This document shows positions 5,731 through 5,949 of a stretch of DNA of 5,949 nucleotides, in pieces. The translations under genes and the position numbers were made by a program. The DNA comes from Octopus sinensis. Its lineage: Eukaryota. The notes under the pieces were generated by a model. The model ran no database searches, was not told the DNA's origin, and was given only the letters and a program-made list of their open reading frames with translations. How positions within the stretch are numbered: the first letter of the stretch is position 1; each line of letters begins with the position of its first letter. The DNA lies in contig NW_021829494.1 in the NCBI RefSeq assembly GCF_006345805.1, positions 1-5,949 on the forward strand, read 5' to 3'.

Positions 5731-5880
5731 GGCACAGCGTGGCAGGTAAGAAGCTTCTTCCCAACTACATGGTTCCGGGTTCAATTCCACTGTGTGGCAC
5801 CTTGTGCAATGTCTTGTGAGTGGATTTGGTACACGAAACTGAAAGAAGCCCGTCGTCTACACACACACACACCACACACA

Positions 5881-5949
<69 letters not shown>
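5731..5949 (+). mobile_element. SINE family A copy: head and CORE-like domain (5731-5856), then internal (CA)n/(AT)n running off the window
   Basis: B-box GGTTCAATTCC at 5778-5788. tgtggcaccttgtgcaa..gtgagtggatttggt..gaaactgaaagaagcccgtcgt matches 3639-3731, apart from an internal deletion of about 29 nt. Confidence 0.88.

Larger units (their letters stand above)
1143..5949 (+). other. Intron (at least 4.8 kb, 3' end not identified in window), rich in repeats
   Basis: Starts with GTAAGT. I found no AG followed by a convincing GT92 continuation (expected roughly K-Y-S/T-A-x-F-x-x-C). The content is SINEs and microsatellites. Confidence 0.7.

Noticed and set aside
5503-5928. ORFs with IYIY runs, plus 4202-4579 (poly-Ile), 4946-5152, 5075-5377 and 2062-2301
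   Set aside because: They overlap SINEs and microsatellites and have no recognisable domain.

Overview
Eukaryotic genomic DNA, very probably from an octopus. This assignment rests on my recall of the interspersed repeats and on the extreme microsatellite density, not on a database search. The window contains one large coding exon (235-1142, + strand) of a predicted type II Golgi membrane protein. It has a signal-anchor, a long basic and Asn-rich stem with a 40-codon (AAT)-based poly-Asn tract, and what looks like the N-terminal part of a glycosyltransferase family 92 (GT92/DUF23, GALT-1-like) domain. The exon ends at a canonical donor, AA|GTAAGT. The remaining ~4.8 kb is intron, and the next true exon does not appear to lie in the window. 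The intron holds three families of tRNA-derived SINEs (called A, B and C here), a degraded antisense fragment encoding C2H2 zinc fingers (probably retrotransposon-derived), a 164-bp-period local duplication, and many microsatellites. Nearly all other ORFs in the track are microsatellite artefacts. I see no clearly new biological system. The best leads are the GT92 candidate and its poly-Asn, sequon-rich stem, a strong cryptic 47-nt exon, inverted SINE arms that could form editing substrates, and a hairpin shared by two SINE families.
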